The notes beneath the pieces are model-generated. The model was not told where the DNA came from and made no database searches. It saw only the letters and a list, made by a program, of their open reading frames with translations. From NCBI GenBank assembly GCA_031414775.1, contig JANOQI010000041.1, positions 32,001-96,000 on the forward strand: a stretch of 64,000 nt of DNA, in the 5' to 3' direction. A program made the translations under genes and the position numbers. The stretch comes from Synechococcales cyanobacterium VAR_4_metabat_354. GTDB lineage: Bacteria; Cyanobacteriota; Cyanobacteriia; Cyanobacteriales; Chamaesiphonaceae. Positions 58,657 to 64,000 of the stretch are shown here, piece after piece; the stretch's first letter is position 1; the number at the start of each line of letters is the position of its first letter.

Positions 58657-58703
58657 GCATTTTCTAGTCAAAAAAATGGAATACCCTATTGACTAGAAAA
58701 TGC
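58657..58703. terminator. 15-bp inverted repeat downstream of the SnoaL-like gene
   Basis: GCATTTTCTAGTCAA-N17-TTGACTAGAAAATGC, 20 nt past the stop at 58724. Confidence 0.55.
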
Positions 58704-58723
58704 CGTATTACCATGATTTGAAA

Positions 58724-59131
58724 TTATTGGAGATTGGCGATTGTTGCTGCTGGATTCCAGTAAGCGCGCAAAGTTTGAATTTGCCCAGTGGCATTGAACT
58801 CAAACAAATCGATACCTTCAAAGGTAACAGCGACTCCATTTCTACCAGTGCCTCTCCCTGACCATTTCACGGCGGCTTCGTTGCCATTGATGGCTGTGAA
58901 ATCTGCGGCTAATTCTATTTCCATGAAAAAAGTACCTATTTGCTGAAAACCTTGAAGTAGTCCAGCGTGCCCTTCTAAAGCTGGACCATCGGCAGGATCG
59001 TAGCTGATAGTGTCTAATGCAAAACAAGCTACCATTTCTGCGGCTTTGTTGGTGGAGCGGGTGGCGGCAAAGTATCGATCGATCGTTGCCTGAATTTTTT
59101 CGGGAGACAAAGCTGTGGTTTTGTCGGACAT
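58724..59131 (-). CDS. NTF2/SnoaL-like (ketosteroid-isomerase-like) protein
   Basis: YFAA...FA.D...YDP, EAAVKW and EGIDLFEFN..G.I..LRAYW. Confidence 0.82.
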   Translation of the reverse strand: MSDKTTALSPEKIQATIDRYFAATRSTNKAAEMVACFALDTISYDPADGPALEGHAGLLQGFQQIGTFFMEIELAADFTAINGNEAAVKWSGRGTGRNGVAVTFEGIDLFEFNATGQIQTLRAYWNPAATIANLQ

Positions 59132-59205
59132 AATTAATTCCTCAAGGTTGATGGTGGAGCTGAATTGTTTATAAAGCAGTTGAATTCAGAATTTTAGTTA
59201 GTTGG

Positions 59206-59742
59206 TTAACTGCCAATGTTATAGCCAGCTCCGATCAAAATTCCAATATCGGCGTTACGATCGCTCGGGAACCCGGCATTGATCCGGACGGTGCCAGTAA
59301 AGTTCTTGGAGAGGGGAATGTCAATACCGCCGGAGATGGCTGGGCTGATGAATAAACCTTCGTTGTAGCGCAGCATGGCTCCGCCACCGATGAAAGGAGA
59401 GATAACTGTTTGTCCGGTCGCATTGCGGATGGGAAATTCAGCGGTGAGGATAATCATAGAGGTGGCTGCGCCGCCACCAAAGAGGACGGTGGCATCGTGC
59501 AGGGACAAGTTTTCGGTGAATCCAACTTTGCTGAGAATTGCCAGACCGCCGCCGGTACCGAGGGAGGTGGTGTTGCCGTTTAGTCCGATCGATCCACCGA
59601 TGCCCAGGTAGCTGGTCGGAGCATGAATATCTTCATCTTTTGGTGGGGCGGACTGGGCAACAGCTGGGGATAAATTGAGAGTACTATAGAGCGCTAGGCC
59701 GCTGAGGGTTAGCTGTAAAAATTTGATACAAAATGGGGACAT
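59206..59742 (-). CDS. Small outer-membrane beta-barrel-like protein
   Basis: Signal peptide (AVA-Q) and alternating beta strands SYLGIGG, PFIGGG, GGIDIPL, GAGYN. Confidence 0.65.
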   Translation of the reverse strand: MSPFCIKFLQLTLSGLALYSTLNLSPAVAQSAPPKDEDIHAPTSYLGIGGSIGLNGNTTSLGTGGGLAILSKVGFTENLSLHDATVLFGGGAATSMIILTAEFPIRNATGQTVISPFIGGGAMLRYNEGLFISPAISGGIDIPLSKNFTGTVRINAGFPSDRNADIGILIGAGYNIGS

Positions 59743-59843
59743 GAGGTTTGAACTGCGTGAACTATAAAGTTATACGCTCATAAATAGCTCTTGGATTTAT
59801 GGTGGTGGAGATCGATATCGATCGATTGACTCCCATAATTAAG

Positions 59844-61364
59844 CTACTCCACTTTCTCCCGCTGCTGCAAAGGCTTAATCACCCTGCCCACCGCCTCCTG
59901 CAAGAACAACTTCACAAACTCATCCTGCTTCGCTAACTGAAACTGCTCTTCCACTACCGCCGTAATTCCCCCATCCCCCCAATCTTGATTGCGGCGAAAA
60001 TACTCAATAAAACTCTTCCCCGCAATCCGGGTTAGATAAGCTCCCGTCACTCCTTGAATTGCCTGGCTCAAAAGATATGTAGCTACCGTAATCTTCAAAG
60101 CTGTTGATACTAATTTAATCGCTCCTTTCAAGATCCCTAACCCCGCTAGTGTTTTCCCCAAGGACAAAGCTAATTCCTTGGCTGTTTCTCGATCGAGCTG
60201 ACACCCATATACTTGACCAATATCAATAACCATCTGGCCATTAATTGCTGCCGTTGTAATCATATCTACGAAAGGCAAAGGATTAATCGCGATCGTTCCA
60301 GCACTAATCCACTGATACTTATCCACAATTTTGTGAGCCTGCCGCAGCCGCTCTTCCTCAATTAGCTCCTTGGCCGCGCCACTCAGTCGCTGGGACTGCT
60401 GCAAAATATTTTCGGCCACCAAATCCTCGCCGGTTGATCGCAAGATATCGGCTAAGCGCTGGAGAAAGTCATTGATATCGGGTTGGGGCTGGAAAGTTTG
60501 ACCATCCGCTAGCTGAACAGATCGCGGACTAGCCATTACCGCCACCACATCATTCGGTTGAATGACCCCGGCGACCCGCGATCGTAATTGCGCCAAAATC
60601 GCTGATCGATCAGCTGCTGGATACAAATCAGCCTTATTGAAAACTAAGATCGATCGCTTGCCCACCTCGGCCAAAGCTCGCAGTGGTTCCAACTCCGAAT
60701 TGCGGAGGTCATTATCTACCACAAACAAAACCATCGCGGCGGCAGCGGCCTCTTCCCTAGCGATTCGTCCCCGTTCCGTTCCGGCCAGACCCGCTTCCAA
60801 AATTCCCGGTGTATCGATTAACAAAATCTGGCGCTCTAAACCGCGTAAGTTCAAGGTGTATTCCTGGGTTCCAGCGGTAGTGCCCATCACCGCCCCCACT
60901 GCGCCGACAATCTGTCCGGTCAAGGCATTGATCAGGGAAGTTTTACCGACCGAACCAGTGCCAAAAATAATGATCCGAACCGGTCCCCGCTTCAGACTTT
61001 CGGCAATTTCGGCGGATCTAGCTAATAGTGCGGCGCGCGCTACCTCGTCTTGAATCTGTTGTACCTGTTGATTGATAGCATCTAGGTTGACTTGAGCTGC
61101 TGACTGGCGATCAGCTGGCACTACTGGCTGTGGTTTAGGTTTTTTGCGTTGAAATCCTTGATTAAAAACACCACCATAGTAGATGAGGAGTCCGATCGAT
61201 CCTAAAATCAGTGCGATGATCGTAGCCAGCAAGATATTTGCCAACCAAGGTGAAGTCAGAGCCACTTGGCTGTACAAGCCATAAATTGAGCTAACTAACC
61301 ATAAACCAAGAATTAAAACTATCCCCAGTCCGATGACCCTGATCCAAAATGATGGCAAGCGCAT
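59844..61364 (-). CDS. YcjF-family GTP-binding membrane protein (DUF697)
   Basis: Two N-terminal TM helices; GTGSVGKT, DTPG and NKAD motifs; NPLPFVD...MV..IG.VYG. Confidence 0.85.
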   Translation of the reverse strand: MRLPSFWIRVIGLGIVLILGLWLVSSIYGLYSQVALTSPWLANILLATIIALILGSIGLLIYYGGVFNQGFQRKKPKPQPVVPADRQSAAQVNLDAINQQVQQIQDEVARAALLARSAEIAESLKRGPVRIIIFGTGSVGKTSLINALTGQIVGAVGAVMGTTAGTQEYTLNLRGLERQILLIDTPGILEAGLAGTERGRIAREEAAAAAMVLFVVDNDLRNSELEPLRALAEVGKRSILVFNKADLYPAADRSAILAQLRSRVAGVIQPNDVVAVMASPRSVQLADGQTFQPQPDINDFLQRLADILRSTGEDLVAENILQQSQRLSGAAKELIEEERLRQAHKIVDKYQWISAGTIAINPLPFVDMITTAAINGQMVIDIGQVYGCQLDRETAKELALSLGKTLAGLGILKGAIKLVSTALKITVATYLLSQAIQGVTGAYLTRIAGKSFIEYFRRNQDWGDGGITAVVEEQFQLAKQDEFVKLFLQEAVGRVIKPLQQREKVE

Positions 61365-61426
61365 AGATTGTAGTTCCGAAGCGAGATTGCTATCCTTAAT
61401 AATAGGAAATATTGGGAGTTAGTTGC

Positions 61427-61831
61427 GTGGGACAGTACGAACGTTTGATTTTGCTGGCGGAAGATCAATTAACTGAATACAGTAGCGATGCGCGGAAAGT
61501 CGAAAAGCTCCGCCAAAAATTTGGTCTTTCAGTATCCCGAAATGAGCAGGCGGAGATTAAAAAACAACTCGAAGCTGAACTACCCAGCAGCGGCATTGCC
61601 AAAATTGTAGAAGAACAGCGTCAGGCCGTATCTTTGCCTTTTTGGGGTATCGCTGGTTTAGGTTTATTGTTTGGAATTGCCGCAAACCAACCACTAGACT
61701 ACATCGGGGTAGTAGTCGGCGTAGCCGGGGCTATTACTTTGCAAAAATGGGGCTGGCAGCTGCAATCCAAAAGACTAGTTCTAAACACTCTTAACGATAT
61801 TGAAGAACGGATTAAAAAACCGATTAATTAA
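61427..61831 (+). CDS. Conserved cyanobacterial hypothetical membrane protein
   Basis: YERLILLAEDQLTEYSSDARKVEKLRQK plus two TM helices. Start set at GTG 61427. Confidence 0.7.
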   Translation: MGQYERLILLAEDQLTEYSSDARKVEKLRQKFGLSVSRNEQAEIKKQLEAELPSSGIAKIVEEQRQAVSLPFWGIAGLGLLFGIAANQPLDYIGVVVGVAGAITLQKWGWQLQSKRLVLNTLNDIEERIKKPIN

Positions 61832-62112
61832 CTTCTAGACCGTTTGTAAAAGCGTTGACCACATTTAGGATTTGCACAGTTAGATGGATAAAAACCAAAT
61901 AATGATATTAATTTTTCCCACCAACCGCTACGGCGAGAACGAAATGCGCCCTGTCTGCAACAAGCTTGATGTTGATAGCCGGTAAATGCGTTAAATACTA
62001 TAAACGACCTGGCAAATTCTACTTTAATGGTGATTTGAATCTAACATGGAATTATCACGAATAATCTAGAATTCGACCCTGTAATTTCATGCTGAATATT
62101 ACATTTTGGCAT
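61828..62112 (-). pseudogene. Interrupted small Cys-motif (zinc-ribbon-like) ORF
   Basis: C-terminus RSRRSGWWEKLISLFGFYPSNCANPKCGQRFY. In-frame TAG at 62043-62041, with no ATG/GTG/TTG after it. Confidence 0.4.
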
Positions 62113-62150
62113 TCAATTTGTAACTATTAGTCATAATCTAAAACTTTCTA

Positions 62151-62627
62151 ATGTCTATGCTTCATATCAATCAACCGGCACCGGCTTTTAAATTGGTTAA
62201 TCAAGCTGAAGAAATTATCAATTTGTCAGATTTTAGTGGGCAGTGGCTAATATTATATTTTTATCCGAAGGATAATACACCGGGTTGTACCACCGAAGCT
62301 TTAGACTTTACTGCTTTACACACAGAATTTACTCAGCTTGGTGTCACGGTGGTAGGAATTAGCCCCGATTCTGTTTCATCCCATGGCAAATTTATTACCA
62401 AACAGAATTTGCAAATTATGCTCCTCAGTGACTTTGATCACCAAGTGGCTGAAGCCTATGGGGTCTGGCAACTCAAGAAATTTATGGGCAAAGAATATAT
62501 GGGAATTGTTCGATCGACCTTTGTGATCGATCCCCAAGGCAACCTAGCTCAGACCTGGCTCAAAGTAAAAGTCAAAGGTCACGCAGTGGGGGTTCTAGAA
62601 TGGCTAACTAATCATATGGCTAGTTAA
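62151..62627 (+). CDS. bcp: Peroxiredoxin Q / BCP
   Basis: LYFYPKDNTPGCTTEA and MGIVRSTFVID. Confidence 0.92.
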   Translation: MSMLHINQPAPAFKLVNQAEEIINLSDFSGQWLILYFYPKDNTPGCTTEALDFTALHTEFTQLGVTVVGISPDSVSSHGKFITKQNLQIMLLSDFDHQVAEAYGVWQLKKFMGKEYMGIVRSTFVIDPQGNLAQTWLKVKVKGHAVGVLEWLTNHMAS

Positions 62628-62637
62628 TACTTGACTC

Positions 62638-62925
62638 TTAGTCAGCCATGATTTTTGGCACCCGAAAGAACTCGCCTTCGATTGCGGGGGCGGCGGCATA
62701 AATTCCGTCTAGATTCTCGTAGCTGACCTGGGCATCATGGCGGGTAATATTTTGGAGATCGATCGCCCGCAAGGTTGGCTCCACATTTTCAGTATCCAGT
62801 TCACTGAGCTGCTCAAAGTAACCCAGAATGCTGCTCATTTGCTGGGCATACTTTTCTTCTTCGGCTTCGGTTAGTTTCAAGCGGGCTAACAGGGCAACTT
62901 TATGAACTTGGTCGCGATCAAGCAT
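62638..62925 (-). CDS. gatC: Asp/Glu-tRNA amidotransferase subunit C
   Basis: VHKVALLARL, L.ELDTENVEP and FFRVPKI. Confidence 0.93.
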   Translation of the reverse strand: MLDRDQVHKVALLARLKLTEAEEEKYAQQMSSILGYFEQLSELDTENVEPTLRAIDLQNITRHDAQVSYENLDGIYAAAPAIEGEFFRVPKIMAD

Positions 62926-63007
62926 GGGTTTAGTGACTAATATTTAAAGTTAAAGAAGAGACTGATAATTGCTTACCAGTCCTCAAATCTTAGCTGATTT
63001 TGCCCAC

Positions 63008-63529
63008 CTAGAAAAAGACTTCGACGGTGGAGCGACCAGTGGTTTTCAGCCAGTTTTGGGCTTCGATGTAATTGTTGGGGGCAATTTTCACCGCTTGCTT
63101 CCAATAAGATGCTGCCTGATTGAATAGCTCTTCGGCACCGTCCATATCATTATTTTCCTGTGCTCTTTCACCTTGATAATGATAAATTACTGCTACATTA
63201 TTAAGAGCTTGACAGAGACGGGCATTGAGTTCGATCGATTGATGATATAGCTCTAAGGCCTTGGCATGGTCGCCATTACTGGCATAGATCAATCCCATGT
63301 TGTAGAGAATATAGCTTTGGTCGTAGGGATTTTCTTCCAGCCGCAGGGCTTCTTCATAGTTTTCGAGTGCTTCAGCATACTCGCCATCGGCCTGCGCCGA
63401 CATCCCATCTCGATAGTAAACAAATGCTTCCTTGGCCTTTTTGTTAGTCGGCATCATCTTCAGGATCATGTCGGCCATTACCGTAAAGCTTTTATCGATA
63501 AAGTTATCGTTCTTCTGAGTTCTGGGCAT
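63008..63529 (-). CDS. ycf3: Photosystem I assembly protein Ycf3
   Basis: [31 protein letters not shown] and [13 protein letters not shown]. Confidence 0.97.
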   Translation of the reverse strand: MPRTQKNDNFIDKSFTVMADMILKMMPTNKKAKEAFVYYRDGMSAQADGEYAEALENYEEALRLEENPYDQSYILYNMGLIYASNGDHAKALELYHQSIELNARLCQALNNVAVIYHYQGERAQENNDMDGAEELFNQAASYWKQAVKIAPNNYIEAQNWLKTTGRSTVEVFF

Positions 63530-63684
63530 GGTGCAAAGATGAGGTGTTGGATAATTTCCTCCCTAGGATAGCGCTAAAACCGCCAGATTTTGGCCAGATG
63601 GCATGTTGCAAATTATGAAGGTCAGTGGGGTATTTACCATTCACCAAATAAAAATTCTTAAAATTGGAAGAAGTGATCAGAGGC

Positions 63685-64000
63685 ATGGAGATTTCAGCGA
63701 TGGCTACCGAGACAGCAACACTACAAAAAGCCTTGGTCGATGTCCAAGGAATGCAATGTGCTGGTTGTTCGGCGGCGGTAGAGAAACAATTATTAGCCAT
63801 TCCAGGGGTGGCAACCGCTAGCGTTAATCTGCTGACGGCGTTGGCCGTGGTAGAACATGGCATAGAAGTGAGTCCGATCGATCTGGCGCAGCAATTAACC
63901 AATCAAGGTTTTCCCAGCCAATTACGCACCGCCCAAAACTTTTTACCCCAAGCTGATCCACAGCGCAGTCGGCAGTTAATTGGCCAGCTATCGATCGCTA
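63685..64000 (+). CDS. Heavy-metal (Cu-type) P1B ATPase, N-terminal part (runs off window; not in ORF track)
   Basis: MEISAMATETATLQKALVDVQGMQCAGCSAAVEKQL...ASVNLLT: HMA domain with GMxCxxC. The ATPase core would lie beyond the window. Confidence 0.75.
   Translation, partial: MEISAMATETATLQKALVDVQGMQCAGCSAAVEKQLLAIPGVATASVNLLTALAVVEHGIEVSPIDLAQQLTNQGFPSQLRTAQNFLPQADPQRSRQLIGQLSIA

Noticed and set aside
400..61053. Numerous short antisense or alternate-frame ORFs in the track (e.g. 8052-8495, 29032-29382, 60562-61053)
   Set aside because: They lie within well-supported genes and lack independent motifs.
63504..63902. Track ORFs 63504-63902(-) and 63603-63821(+)
   Set aside because: They shadow the HMA-containing frame starting at 63685.
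1..64000. rRNA, tRNA, CRISPR arrays, transposases, integrases, prophage genes
   Set aside because: None recognised by eye; tRNAscan-SE, Infernal and ISEScan were not run.

Overview
Chromosomal window from an oxygenic cyanobacterium (ycf3, psbX, ycf66, an HLIP gene, desA, and dense HIP1-core CGATCG palindromes including many TCGATCGA variants). Most of it is housekeeping (pgk, glyQ, aroC, glmS, scpB, menC, gatC, bcp, cbiT, a HelY-type helicase). Accessory genes are interspersed: two GMC flavoproteins (one paired with an SLDH-type small subunit lacking a Tat signal), three nucleases (NucA-like, secreted EndoU-like, thermonuclease-like), an orphan Dam-family methylase, NADH-type nirBD, a standalone half-C/A/T/TE NRPS, a TauD-MFS pair and an AT-rich glycosyltransferase/acetyltransferase pair. 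I added features missing from the ORF track: psbX, a 31-aa Norf4-like microprotein, a partial P1B-ATPase and an interrupted Cys-motif ORF. The most intriguing locus is 12.6-14.2 kb. There a truncated AAA ATPase with a non-canonical Walker B has a ~220-nt hairpin-rich leader ending in a boxB/boxA-like element, and lies back-to-back with the microprotein gene. No rRNA, tRNA, CRISPR array or transposase was recognised. All family calls come from motif recognition by eye; no database searches were run.
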